Shown here: one piece after another, positions 43,318 through 53,082 of the stretch
Position numbering within the stretch: position 1 is the stretch's first letter
Layout of the letters: each line of letters begins with the position of its first letter
NCBI GenBank assembly: GCA_036172095.1
Contig: JAVHSH010000023.1
Location: forward strand, 957-64,956
Source: Patescibacteria group bacterium
GTDB taxonomy: Bacteria > Patescibacteriota > Microgenomatia > UBA1406 > GWC2-37-13
Direction: 5' to 3'
DNA: 64,000 nucleotides
Translations under genes and position numbers: made by a program
The notes under the pieces: model-generated
Told to the model about the DNA's origin: nothing
The model's input: only the letters and a program-made list of their open reading frames with translations
Database searches by the model: none

Positions 43318-45495
43318 TTACAATCCTAGTGGCTTATTCGTTGTCCCCTGTACAGCTTCTGATGTCCCTGATTGGACAGAGTCATCAAGTAAAATAGGCG
43401 GCTCTTCAAAGGGCGTCGGTTCGACAACGAGTTTCTCCTCAAAAAGTACCTCGCCCACCTTATCCCATGTCCCCTCCTTGAATGAGGTTATCCCTGTCTC
43501 GCTCACGACATAGAAATAATCATTCAAGTAGAGTCCTCTTTTGACGATAGGTGACTCGATTGCCTTGACAAGATTAAGTGTCTGACCTTCATAGGAGAAA
43601 ATGTATCCGCCCCTGCTTCCTGGCAAGAAAAATATCTTATATTTTGCGTCCTGCAAGAATGCGTGAGGATTATCCATCGCTTCACTCCAATACTCGCCAG
43701 CAAGATCATAGCGAGAAACTTCCTTCGGGGCTTTTGGATCAGAAACATCAAACAATGACAACTTCACTTGATTTTCCCTTCCGATACCAAGCACAAGGTG
43801 ATTACTAAGCTCATGTAAATAGGAGGAATATCCGGGGATTTTGAGCTCACCCTTGACGACAGGCGCATTCCCGTTTGATAAATCGAGGACGTAGAACGGA
43901 TCGGTCTGTCTGAATGTCACGATATATCCTCTATCCTCCATGAATCGGACTGAATAAATCCGTTCGGTTTTCCCAAGATCCTTCGCCGAACCCTTCACTT
44001 CAAGATTGCCATTAAGCACATATACATCGCTCACTTGGGACTCAAGATCGTTTGAGCCGAACATATAGAAGGGATTTCTTCCTCCAATTGTTGTTGCGAT
44101 TCGGAGATCACCCTTCCATTCATCGTATGCATATTGATTGAGCGTAAATCCCGGGACTTTTCCCGTCGCCATAACCGTTAGATCGTCATTCCCTATCTTT
44201 ACAAGCCCTGTGTAATCGAATGATCTCTTATATTTGTTGAAGAATCGTTTGAATGTATTTTGCAGCTGGTTTTCTTGCTTCAGTCGTTCACTTTCATCCA
44301 TTCCTGACAGATAATAGGACAATAGATTATTCATCTCCATCTCTTTTGTTGACTGGGTGAGATCGTACTGTAAGAGTTTGTTGACCTTATCCTCGATATA
44401 GGAAGGAAATACGCCCTTGTTTTCTGCGATAAACTGATTCAGAATCTGCAAACTATTTCCTTGCATCTGATAACTCAAATATAAGGCGTTTGGCGACATG
44501 TACAAATCTGTTTGACCTTGCTGAGCGATAAATGAAATCGATTTTGTCGCGGCTCCTGTTTGAGGATTTATCTTTACGACTGAATACACCGCATCAGCAA
44601 GTGGCCTGCTTGAAGGCATATAGATATCACTGCAACGGATTTTCAACATCGTCTTCCCTTCTATCAATGGCATTGGGCATGGGCGAGGCAATGTTGGTGT
44701 TGTTGCGGTAACGACATACAGATTTCCCTTGTATAAGCGCGCTCCTATTTTCTGTGAGCGATTTGAAAAAGGAAGCTCCCACATCTTTTTTGGCGTGGCA
44801 GGATTTATGACTGAATATCCAGAGAGTTGCATTGCTCCCTGTTCAGAGTTTCCAAATACGACAAGGATTTTATCAGATATAAGAAGTTCGCCATTTTCCG
44901 GTATGGACCCTTGGACTTTCATCGCCGTTGCAGGGACAGCACTCACCGCGGTCACTTCGCTATTTGACTGACCACACCTTCGAGAAGGCATTGTCTTCAT
45001 GAGGCTTATTCCTCCTCCGATATTCTCTCCAAAACAGCGATATTGACCTTGTTTTGAATAATAGATTGAAGTGTCGTCTGTTTTGACAATGTCTGGCTCA
45101 TCTATGCCGACCACTTGGACATTCGTGCCAGATGCACGTTCGACGGTCTGACCTGCTGAATCGGATGGCGAGGCTTTCACGGCCATCATGCGTAGGTCCC
45201 CTCCCCCCGTCAAAGGCAAACGTTGTTGGCTATTTTGTCCAGCACTGACAAGCTCAATGAAGTCGCTGTCGGATTTTATCTTGATGAAAGTATCCTTGTC
45301 ATAAAAAGTGTTTTTTGGAGCTGGAATTGGAGTCGGGGAAAAGAGAGGTGCATTTTGCGAAGATTTTTTTAGGAGAAGAAGACTCAACGCGCCCAATACT
45401 ATCAATATGGTTGCGATTAGGGGGATAGGAACAGGAAATTGCCTTTTCAAGACAGGCTTTTGGACAGGTTGAGGTGTAGCTATATTTTCTTCCAT
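43318..45495 (-). CDS. Secreted/anchored beta-propeller domain protein (COG4880/Beta_propel-like)
   Basis: N-terminal TM helix and a TNVQVVGIDEPDIVKTDDTSIYY motif that I associate with the Beta_propel family. 725 aa. Confidence 0.5.
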   Translation of the reverse strand: MEENIATPQPVQKPVLKRQFPVPIPLIATILIVLGALSLLLLKKSSQNAPLFSPTPIPAPKNTFYDKDTFIKIKSDSDFIELVSAGQNSQQRLPLTGGGDLRMMAVKASPSDSAGQTVERASGTNVQVVGIDEPDIVKTDDTSIYYSKQGQYRCFGENIGGGISLMKTMPSRRCGQSNSEVTAVSAVPATAMKVQGSIPENGELLISDKILVVFGNSEQGAMQLSGYSVINPATPKKMWELPFSNRSQKIGARLYKGNLYVVTATTPTLPRPCPMPLIEGKTMLKIRCSDIYMPSSRPLADAVYSVVKINPQTGAATKSISFIAQQGQTDLYMSPNALYLSYQMQGNSLQILNQFIAENKGVFPSYIEDKVNKLLQYDLTQSTKEMEMNNLLSYYLSGMDESERLKQENQLQNTFKRFFNKYKRSFDYTGLVKIGNDDLTVMATGKVPGFTLNQYAYDEWKGDLRIATTIGGRNPFYMFGSNDLESQVSDVYVLNGNLEVKGSAKDLGKTERIYSVRFMEDRGYIVTFRQTDPFYVLDLSNGNAPVVKGELKIPGYSSYLHELSNHLVLGIGRENQVKLSLFDVSDPKAPKEVSRYDLAGEYWSEAMDNPHAFLQDAKYKIFFLPGSRGGYIFSYEGQTLNLVKAIESPIVKRGLYLNDYFYVVSETGITSFKEGTWDKVGEVLFEEKLVVEPTPFEEPPILLDDSVQSGTSEAVQGTTNKPLGL

Positions 45496-45515
45496 ACCTC
45501 ATGCTACACTATTTC

Positions 45516-46067
45516 TTATCCCTTTTCTATATCCCAAAATGAGGCGCCCAGAGCGTCCCATTTGAGCCTTCGTTCATCCGCATCTATCAGATTGAACTGA
45601 TTGTTCACGAAATAGAATATGGTCCCCGGTTTTGAAGCGATATTGACGACTCCGTGGGCAACTCCCCGAGGAACGACGACAAGCTTGGATGTCCCATTTC
45701 CCATGACGATTTTCATCGTTTTTCCTTTCGTTTGTGACTTCTCTCGCGTGTCCCACAATCCAAGAATCATATGATCTTCCGGGGCAATATACCATATGTC
45801 TTCCTGTTTGAAATGCAAATGCCACGCTTTTATTGAACCTGGAAGAAGTTTGGACCTGTTTATCTGGCGAACTTGGATTTCAGGAAAAAGCTCTAAATGG
45901 CCTGTCTCATTCAATCGTAATAGATCTTCGAATGTCCCATCTTCTCCTGCCATCCGACGGACTTCAACCACCTTCACACCTTCAATCATCTGTTTTTTAG
46001 AGTAGTCTTGGATAAATATGTCTTTCTGCAATTCTACCGAAATATCCGAAGCCGTTAAATCGTTCAT
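45516..46067 (-). CDS. RmlC-like cupin (dTDP-4-dehydrorhamnose 3,5-epimerase family)
   Basis: IEGVKVVE...DGTFEDL...QINRSKLLPGSIKAWHLHFKQEDIWY...VVPRGVAHG. Confidence 0.55.
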   Translation of the reverse strand: MNDLTASDISVELQKDIFIQDYSKKQMIEGVKVVEVRRMAGEDGTFEDLLRLNETGHLELFPEIQVRQINRSKLLPGSIKAWHLHFKQEDIWYIAPEDHMILGLWDTREKSQTKGKTMKIVMGNGTSKLVVVPRGVAHGVVNIASKPGTIFYFVNNQFNLIDADERRLKWDALGASFWDIEKG

Positions 46068-46108
46068 ATAAAAATAAATAAATTACTAACCGTTCGAAAC
46101 TAATAATA

Positions 46109-46714
46109 TCATACACGTTTTCTGTCTTCTTCATCACGCTGTATCCATTTATTGGATAACTCGTGCGATTCTGCTTCTGAGTAACAGCAATCTCCATCGG
46201 TATTCCTTACTTCCCGTATACGATGTGCGACAACCCCAACGGTGACTGAAAGATTGAGACTATCCACAAATCCGTACATGGGAAGATAAATGAGGACATC
46301 GGCCAATTTTTTTGCGGTTTCGGTTATTCCGAACCCTTCATTGCCGAATACGAATGCGGTCTTCGTTGACGGCAGCTTATAAGTATCAAATGACTGTGCG
46401 GTCTTGTCAATTGCGGTTGCGGCAATAGTATATCCTTCTTTTTTTAGAGCCGCAAAACATTCGCTTGTACTCGTCCAAGTTTTTACGGTCAACCACTTAT
46501 TTGCAGAGGCTGAGGTAAGCTTGCCTAATTTTTCAGGATTGAACATCTTCTCCGTTTCGAAGATTACATGTACTTCCTGTATCCCGAAGGCATCGCAGTT
46601 CCGCAGAGCCGCTGCCGCATTATGGGGATCATGGATATTCTCAAGGACAATGATGTCATGTAGTCTTTTTGAGGCTACATCCTGCAATCTTTGAATACGT
46701 TGATCAGTGAGCAT
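46109..46714 (-). CDS. SpoU/TrmH-family RNA 2'-O-methyltransferase
   Basis: IIVLENIHDPHNAAAALRNCDAFGI, FVFGNEGFGI and IPMYGFVDSLNLSV. The ATG at 46714 is used; the longer ORF N-terminus is a read-through of the tRNA gene. Confidence 0.65.
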   Translation of the reverse strand: MLTDQRIQRLQDVASKRLHDIIVLENIHDPHNAAAALRNCDAFGIQEVHVIFETEKMFNPEKLGKLTSASANKWLTVKTWTSTSECFAALKKEGYTIAATAIDKTAQSFDTYKLPSTKTAFVFGNEGFGITETAKKLADVLIYLPMYGFVDSLNLSVTVGVVAHRIREVRNTDGDCCYSEAESHELSNKWIQRDEEDRKRV

Positions 46715-46761
46715 AAGAATAAATGGGCTTGCCCTGAGTATATACGAACAAACCGAACGGG

Positions 46762-46833
46762 TGGCTGGAGCGGGATTCGGACCCACGACCTTACGCTTAT
46801 GAAACGTGTGCTCTACCACTGAGCTATCCAGCC
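46762..46833 (-). tRNA. tRNA with CAT anticodon (elongator Met, or Ile2 if lysidinylated)
   Basis: The reverse complement GGCTGGATAGCTCAGTGGTAGAGCACACGTTTCATAAGCGTAAGGTCGTGGGTCCGAATCCCGCTCCAGCCA folds by hand into a cloverleaf: 7-bp acceptor stem, GCTC/GAGC D stem, TTCATAA anticodon loop, GTGGG/CCCGC T stem. G1:C72 is paired, so it is not an initiator. No CCA is encoded. Confidence 0.8.
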
Positions 46834-46862
46834 TATCCGGAATGTGAATTAAGGCCACAATT

Positions 46863-46871
46863 TGGTATAAT
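46863..46871 (+). promoter_or_regulatory. Extended -10 promoter element of the glycan cluster
   Basis: TGgTATAAT followed by 8 nt and the ATG at 46880. Confidence 0.4.
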
Positions 46872-46879
46872 TATACAAT

Positions 46880-47794
46880 ATGACAGTCAAAAAACCCGAG
46901 CTATCTATTGTGATTGTCAATTTTAACACACGGAAAATTACGCATCAATGTATCGAGTCTATTTTTAAGTCGTTCCGCACATATAAATCGAAGGATGATC
47001 CACGCTATGAAATCATACTTATCGATAATGCATCCGTAAAAGATGACTCTGCCTCTTATTTTCCCAGTTACACAGCGAAACACCTCAATATTGTATATAT
47101 AGCGAATCAGACGAATACAGGGTTTGGTCCTGCGAATAATCAAGGTGTTAAGGCTGCACGCGGTGAATATGTCTTTTTATTGAATTCAGACACCATCATC
47201 CTCAAGGATGCAGTACAAAGATTGTTTGCGTTCTATAAAAAAAATGAGCGTACAAAGCATTTTGTCGGACCAAAGCTGTTCAATAAGGATATGACCCCTC
47301 AACCTTCGGCTGCTCCATTCTATACAATCCCGGTGATTATCGGTGCTCTGTTCCTCCGTGGGGATTATTGGGGGCTTACTCGCTACTCACCAAAAAAAAT
47401 GCGTCGCGTCGACTGGGTTTCGGGTGCAGCAATCATGACGAAAAAAGAATATTTCCAAAAAGTCGGGGGGTTTGACGAAACCATTTTTATGTATATGGAA
47501 GAGGTTGATTTGCTCTATCGCTCCTTGAAAGAAAAAATGTATACCTATTTTTATCCTAAAGCAAAGATTGTCCATCTGGGATCTGCCTCAAGCAATGGCA
47601 AGACCTTCCCAATTCTACAAGTATATAAGGGATTTCTTTTTTTCTATAAAAAACATTATTCACGATTATCACTCTTTCTCTTGCGTTTTCTGCTACGCTT
47701 AAAGGCAGGACTCGCATGGTTTCTTGGATTTGTCATTAACAACCATTATCTAAAACAAACGTATGAAGAAGCTTTTGACGTGGCTGGACAATAA
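46880..47794 (+). CDS. Family 2 glycosyltransferase
   Basis: LSIVIVNFNT, IILIDNAS, GFGPANNQG and LLNSDT (DxD-like). Confidence 0.8.
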   Translation: MTVKKPELSIVIVNFNTRKITHQCIESIFKSFRTYKSKDDPRYEIILIDNASVKDDSASYFPSYTAKHLNIVYIANQTNTGFGPANNQGVKAARGEYVFLLNSDTIILKDAVQRLFAFYKKNERTKHFVGPKLFNKDMTPQPSAAPFYTIPVIIGALFLRGDYWGLTRYSPKKMRRVDWVSGAAIMTKKEYFQKVGGFDETIFMYMEEVDLLYRSLKEKMYTYFYPKAKIVHLGSASSNGKTFPILQVYKGFLFFYKKHYSRLSLFLLRFLLRLKAGLAWFLGFVINNHYLKQTYEEAFDVAGQ

Positions 47795-49331
47795 CATCAT
47801 AAAACTATTATTGGTGCTCTATATTTTTTTCATTCCGCTGTTCCCTAAGTTGCCATTCCAGATAGTCAATTACACCTATATTGCCATCCGTCTTGAGGAT
47901 TTCTTTGTCGCTATCCTCTATTTTGTTTTCTTCGTCCAGCTGCTCAGAAAAAAAGTCACTCTCGATAAAAAATACCTCATCCTCTTTTCCCTGTTCTGGA
48001 TTTCAGTATTCATCTCTTTCTATCTTGGATTTTTCGTGCAAAAAACAGTGGTCATTCAGACAGTTGGATTTCTAAACGCCCTGCGCAGGATAGAATACAT
48101 GTTCGTCTTCTTCATATTTGCATCAAGCATACAGTCAAGAAAGGACTTCATGTTCTATTTCAAATTGATACTTTCCGTCATCCTTATCGTCACGGTCTAT
48201 GGGCTGGGACAAAAATATGCCGGATGGCCTGCGGTCCAAACGATGAATCCTGAGTATGCTAAGGGATACCTTCTTGTCCTTGATTCATGGGCGCGTATCT
48301 CCTCCACTTTTGGGGGACATTATGATCTTGCAGCCTATCTTATATTCTTCATGCCAATCGTGCTTGCGTTCACAATCAAGTCGAGTCCTTGGTTCTACAT
48401 CTTATATTTATTTGCGCTTTCCAACCTCGTGCTAACGGCATCCCGCGTATCATATGGTGCGTACATTGTCAGCGCATTTCCATTCTTATTATTTAATAGA
48501 AAATGGAAACTCCTTTTCATCACGATTCTTGCAACTATCGGACTCACACTCCTCTCAAGTAATCTGACACAACGGATAAATAGGACGTTCCAGACAAAGC
48601 AAATCTTCATCAACAAAACAACCGGTCAAACGACTGTCCCTCGACGGCTGAGCCCAGATGACTTGCCAACAGGTGATTTTATCCCGAATAAAAAAAATGT
48701 GGAGAATAGTGCGACTGATGTCTATACAGACGGAAACACGACGATCAATCTCAGCTCCAAAGATGTGCTTGAGGCAAAGTTCAACATCCGTGAGCAAATC
48801 CGAGATGAAGCGAAAAAAACAGGAAAGGTGCTTACTACAGCCGAAGAAGATGCTCTTGTTGAAGCAACGTTTAGAAATATGAAGGTAGTTTCAGCTGCAA
48901 TCCCTGATATTTCAGTTGCAACACGGCTTCAGGTTGAATGGCCTCGTGCAATCCGTATGTTCCTTAAATATCCGTTATTTGGCGGTGGCCCATCGTCAAT
49001 TACAGAAGCAACCGATGGTGACTACTTCCGTTGGATTGGTGAGTTTGGGAGTGTTGGAACACTTGCATTCCTTATCATTCTTGGAAGCCTCTTTATCAGC
49101 ATATTCAAAGCCGCACTGAAAAAGAACGATGATTCAACACTTATGTGGGGTATTTTGGCAGGATTCTTTGGACTTTTGACAAATGCCGTCATGATAGATA
49201 TCTTTGAAGCTTCAAAGATCGCATTCATTTTCTGGATGGTCATGGGAATGACTGTCGGATATTTAAAAGTAGCACCGCTGGAAACAAAAGTTGCCACGAA
49301 AACAAAGTTAAAAAAGAAAATAAAAAAATGA
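47763..49331 (+). CDS. O-antigen ligase/polymerase-like (Wzy_C) membrane protein
   Basis: About 10 TM helices with LTASRVSYGAY in the central loop region, and a large soluble loop (residues ~290-400). Confidence 0.5.
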   Translation: MKKLLTWLDNNIIKLLLVLYIFFIPLFPKLPFQIVNYTYIAIRLEDFFVAILYFVFFVQLLRKKVTLDKKYLILFSLFWISVFISFYLGFFVQKTVVIQTVGFLNALRRIEYMFVFFIFASSIQSRKDFMFYFKLILSVILIVTVYGLGQKYAGWPAVQTMNPEYAKGYLLVLDSWARISSTFGGHYDLAAYLIFFMPIVLAFTIKSSPWFYILYLFALSNLVLTASRVSYGAYIVSAFPFLLFNRKWKLLFITILATIGLTLLSSNLTQRINRTFQTKQIFINKTTGQTTVPRRLSPDDLPTGDFIPNKKNVENSATDVYTDGNTTINLSSKDVLEAKFNIREQIRDEAKKTGKVLTTAEEDALVEATFRNMKVVSAAIPDISVATRLQVEWPRAIRMFLKYPLFGGGPSSITEATDGDYFRWIGEFGSVGTLAFLIILGSLFISIFKAALKKNDDSTLMWGILAGFFGLLTNAVMIDIFEASKIAFIFWMVMGMTVGYLKVAPLETKVATKTKLKKKIKK

Positions 49332-50785
49332 TGAACAAACACCCTTTCAAGAAAATCGATTTCGTTTTGCTCGGCCTAATTCTTCTTGTGGCGGCAATCA
49401 TGCGCAGTTATGCGATTAACGCACCACTTGCAGATTTCCATTCATGGAGACAGGCAGATACAGCAGCTGTTGCGAGAAATTTCGAACGCAAAGGGTTTGA
49501 TTTGCTTCATCCTACCTATGATGATTTGACTAACCTTCAATCAGGGATTGATAACCCTCAAGGGTACCGATTTGTGGAATTTCCCATATATAATGCACTA
49601 TTTGGTGGCCTTCATAGTGTTGCACCAATTGTCTCACTCGAAACATGGGGACGAATTGTCGCTGTCTTTTTCTCTCTTATCTGTATAGCTTCGCTCTATT
49701 ATCTGGCTCTTATGGAAGCAGGGAGACCGACAGCTCTTTTTACGGGGATAACGTATGCCATCATGCCATTTTTTGTCTATTTCTCGCGAGTCATTCTTCC
49801 TGATACCCCAGCTGTCGCTTGTGTCATTGCTTCACTGGCGTTGCTTCACATATTTACGACAGCTCAACAAAACAATAAAAAGATCGTCTTTTTTGCACTT
49901 TCATGCTTGTTTTTTGCAGTATCGCTCCTTATGAAGCCGACAACTGTTTTCTATGCACTTCCTTTATTTGTCCTTTTCGTACAAAAGTATAAATATTCAT
50001 TACCGAAAAAATTGCATATTTTATTCTATTTTGTACTCGCGGCAGTTCCCCTTCTTGTATGGCGCTATTACATAACAAGTTTTCCTGAAGGAGTACCTGC
50101 AAGCAACTGGCTCTTTACCCAAGTAAATACATTCGAAGGGCCAAAAGAGATTTTCATGCGCCCAGCATTCTTCCGATGGATATTCTTTGAACGAATCAAC
50201 AATATTATCTTGGGAGGATATCTTACCGCGTTTTTTGTTTTAGGGATTATGAGGAAACAGAAAGCGGCACTTCTCCTCAGCATCGTCGCCGCATCATTTA
50301 TCTATATTTTCACGTTCCAAGGAGGAAATGTCCAACATGAGTATTATCAAGTGATGGCATTCCCAGGCATTGCCCTGGCGGTCGGATTAGGCGCTGCACT
50401 TATAGTCGAAACGACGAAGACATTCATCCATCCAGTGCTCACGACTCCTATTATCATCGTTCTGTTTTCAGCTTCATTTTTGTTTTCTTGGTATCAAGTG
50501 AAGGGGTATTATGTCATCCCACCGGATTTATTGCTCATGGCTAAAATAATCCAGACATTCACAAAGCCGACGGATAAGGTTGTGGCAGATAGGATGGGTG
50601 ATACGACACTCCTGTATCTATCCGACAGAAAGGGAGCACCTCTTCTCTATCGGACATCTGAAGAAATGCAGACAATGGGATATTTGTACATTCTTACCGA
50701 TAAGAAAGAGATAGTGGCCCAACTTATTGAAAAGAAATATATAAAATTGTTTGAAAACGACCAATTCGCGCTATTTAAGCTATGA
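49328..50785 (+). CDS. GT39/GT83-like (ArnT/PMT-type) polyprenyl-phosphate-sugar glycosyltransferase
   Basis: N-terminal LADFHSWRQADTAAVARNF motif and about 11 TM helices. Confidence 0.55.
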   Translation: MMNKHPFKKIDFVLLGLILLVAAIMRSYAINAPLADFHSWRQADTAAVARNFERKGFDLLHPTYDDLTNLQSGIDNPQGYRFVEFPIYNALFGGLHSVAPIVSLETWGRIVAVFFSLICIASLYYLALMEAGRPTALFTGITYAIMPFFVYFSRVILPDTPAVACVIASLALLHIFTTAQQNNKKIVFFALSCLFFAVSLLMKPTTVFYALPLFVLFVQKYKYSLPKKLHILFYFVLAAVPLLVWRYYITSFPEGVPASNWLFTQVNTFEGPKEIFMRPAFFRWIFFERINNIILGGYLTAFFVLGIMRKQKAALLLSIVAASFIYIFTFQGGNVQHEYYQVMAFPGIALAVGLGAALIVETTKTFIHPVLTTPIIIVLFSASFLFSWYQVKGYYVIPPDLLLMAKIIQTFTKPTDKVVADRMGDTTLLYLSDRKGAPLLYRTSEEMQTMGYLYILTDKKEIVAQLIEKKYIKLFENDQFALFKL

Positions 50786-51981
50786 AGATTTTGATGTTGA
50801 CGCCCTACGTCCCCTATCCTCCTGCATCGGGAGGCCAAATTCGGACGCTCAATCTATTGAAGTATCTGAGTAAGAACAATGAGATCACTCTCGTTTCGCT
50901 TTATAAGAATGAAAAGGATAAGCAATATATTCCGGCATTGCAGTCGTATTGTAACCATATATATTTATGCAAAAGACCTGAAAAACCTTGGCAGTTCAAG
51001 ACCATTTGGAAATCAATAACTTCTTCCGATCCTTTTTTGATTGTCCGGAACTATTCGGAAGAAGCCCGTCAGACGGTTGACCGATTATTGCGTCAAGAAA
51101 AATTTGATGTCATCCATGCCGAAACGTTCTACATCATGCCTCATATTAAGACATCGTCCATCCCTATTTTTTTGGTTGAACAAACGATTGAGTATAAGGT
51201 GTATCAACATTTCGTGAATTCGCTCCCCTTCTTCCTCAGACCATTGTTCATGATGGACATCAAAAAATTAAAACAGGCTGAACGTCACTATTGGAAAAAG
51301 GCTTTGCTTGTCGGTGGAGTCTCCGAAGCAGATAAGAAAGAAGTGCAATCACTTGAGCCAAGTATCGATCCGGTTATCATCCCCAATTGCGCGGGGGATG
51401 AGATGTTTGTCGATACGCTCGTTAAAAAGGACTTGATCAATCCGACGATACTCTTCATAGGAAATTTTGATTGGTTACAAAATACGGAAGCGGTAACCAT
51501 CCTTATCGATAAGATTGCTCCCCTTATCAATCAACATATTCCTCGAGCAAAAATAGTCATTGCAGGACAAAATGCCAACAAGAAACTTTCCGTTCCGAGT
51601 CATGGAAACATTGAGATAATAAGCTTAACTCAGGACGACTCAGAAACAGTTTTACGGCTGTATAAAACATCAACGATATTTATTGCACCGATTTTTGGAC
51701 CAGGGGGGACACGATTAAAAATTCTTGCAGCAATGGCAAGTGGACTTCCTGTCATTTCGTCTCAAACCGGTGTTGAAGGATTGGACTTGGAAGACAATAA
51801 ACATGTATTGATTGCCAATACGCCGAAAGAGTTCGTTCAGGAAACAATCCGAATATTAAAGGATCCGGACCTGTATGAGAGTATTCGTAAGGCATCATAT
51901 GAACTGGCAGGCAAGAAATACAGCTGGAAACACATCGCGGAAAAATTGGAAATCGTTTATAAAAAAATAAAGAAGTCATGA
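50782..51981 (+). CDS. GT4 (GT-B) glycosyltransferase
   Basis: MKILMLTPYVPYPPASGGQIR and a C-terminal GPGGTRLKILAAMASGLPVISS (E-x7-E-like region). Confidence 0.8.
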   Translation: MKILMLTPYVPYPPASGGQIRTLNLLKYLSKNNEITLVSLYKNEKDKQYIPALQSYCNHIYLCKRPEKPWQFKTIWKSITSSDPFLIVRNYSEEARQTVDRLLRQEKFDVIHAETFYIMPHIKTSSIPIFLVEQTIEYKVYQHFVNSLPFFLRPLFMMDIKKLKQAERHYWKKALLVGGVSEADKKEVQSLEPSIDPVIIPNCAGDEMFVDTLVKKDLINPTILFIGNFDWLQNTEAVTILIDKIAPLINQHIPRAKIVIAGQNANKKLSVPSHGNIEIISLTQDDSETVLRLYKTSTIFIAPIFGPGGTRLKILAAMASGLPVISSQTGVEGLDLEDNKHVLIANTPKEFVQETIRILKDPDLYESIRKASYELAGKKYSWKHIAEKLEIVYKKIKKS

Positions 51982-53081
51982 ATATCGGCATAGATATCTC
52001 ACAGGCAGTGTATCAGGACACGGGTGTCGGGAAATATACGATTGGACTGGTGAATGGTATCCTTGATTATGATAGGAATAACTCATGGACATTCCTCTAT
52101 TTCTCATTACGAGCTGACTTATCTCCTGAATTATTAACGAAAATAAAATCATTCCGACACAGACTCATTCATATCCCATTTCCTCCTACGTTCCTTTCGT
52201 TCATTTGGAATATACTCCACATAATACCGGTCGAGATATTCACGGGAAAACTCGACCTCTTTATAACGTCTGATTGGACGGAACCACCAGCAAGTTGCAG
52301 TAAAATGACAATCATTCACGATCTTGTGTATCTTCGCTACCCCGAAACTGTTCATAAAACAATTCTTGAAACACAAAAACAGCGAATGAAATGGGTCCAA
52401 AAAGAGTCATCCCATATAATCGCGACGTCACATGCAACAAAAGCTGACATTATTTCACTTCTGGCTATTCCTGAAAATAAAATCTCGACAATTTATGCTG
52501 GCATAGATATCATTTCTGTAACCCAAGAAGTCAAAGATGAGGTGCTACGGAAACACAAAATCAAAGAGCCTTTTGTATTGGCTGTAGGAAAAATAGAACC
52601 GAGAAAAAATATTGCACGATTGATTGATGCATTTTCGATGATTAAAGAACAGGGCTGGAGTCTCGTGATAGTTGGACCACAAGGATGGGATGAAAAAAGC
52701 AAAGAGAATAAAAACAAATCTGTACAATTCACGGGTCATGTATCTGAAGTAGAACTTCATGCATTCTATGAACTCTGTTCTTTCTTCGTTTTTCCTTCAC
52801 TATGGGAGGGATTTGGTCATCCGATAATCGAGGCAATGAAACATAAAAAGGCGGTCATCACATCAAACACACCCTCACTCCTGGAAGTTGGCAATGGGAA
52901 TGCTCAGTTATGTGATCCCCTTTCTACCGAAAGCATAAAAAATGCAATACTATTACTTATGATAAATGAACCGGTGAGAATGGTGATCGCAAATGATGGA
53001 TATGAATATTCTCAGAAATTTACATGGGAACTGTATATTAAAAAGTTGTTGACTGTTATTTTACAACAGAAAGAGAGATAA
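51978..53081 (+). CDS. GT4 (GT-B) glycosyltransferase
   Basis: VGKIEPRKNI and PSLWEGFGHPIIEAMKHKKAVITS. Confidence 0.8.
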   Translation: MNIGIDISQAVYQDTGVGKYTIGLVNGILDYDRNNSWTFLYFSLRADLSPELLTKIKSFRHRLIHIPFPPTFLSFIWNILHIIPVEIFTGKLDLFITSDWTEPPASCSKMTIIHDLVYLRYPETVHKTILETQKQRMKWVQKESSHIIATSHATKADIISLLAIPENKISTIYAGIDIISVTQEVKDEVLRKHKIKEPFVLAVGKIEPRKNIARLIDAFSMIKEQGWSLVIVGPQGWDEKSKENKNKSVQFTGHVSEVELHAFYELCSFFVFPSLWEGFGHPIIEAMKHKKAVITSNTPSLLEVGNGNAQLCDPLSTESIKNAILLLMINEPVRMVIANDGYEYSQKFTWELYIKKLLTVILQQKER

Positions 53082-53082
53082 A

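Noticed and set aside
46715-46858. N-terminal 48 aa of the 249-aa ORF 46109..46858
   Set aside because: This segment (MALIHIPDRLDSSVVEHTFHKRKVVGPNPAP...) is simply the translation of the tRNA gene at 46762-46833. The real methyltransferase starts at the ATG at 46714.
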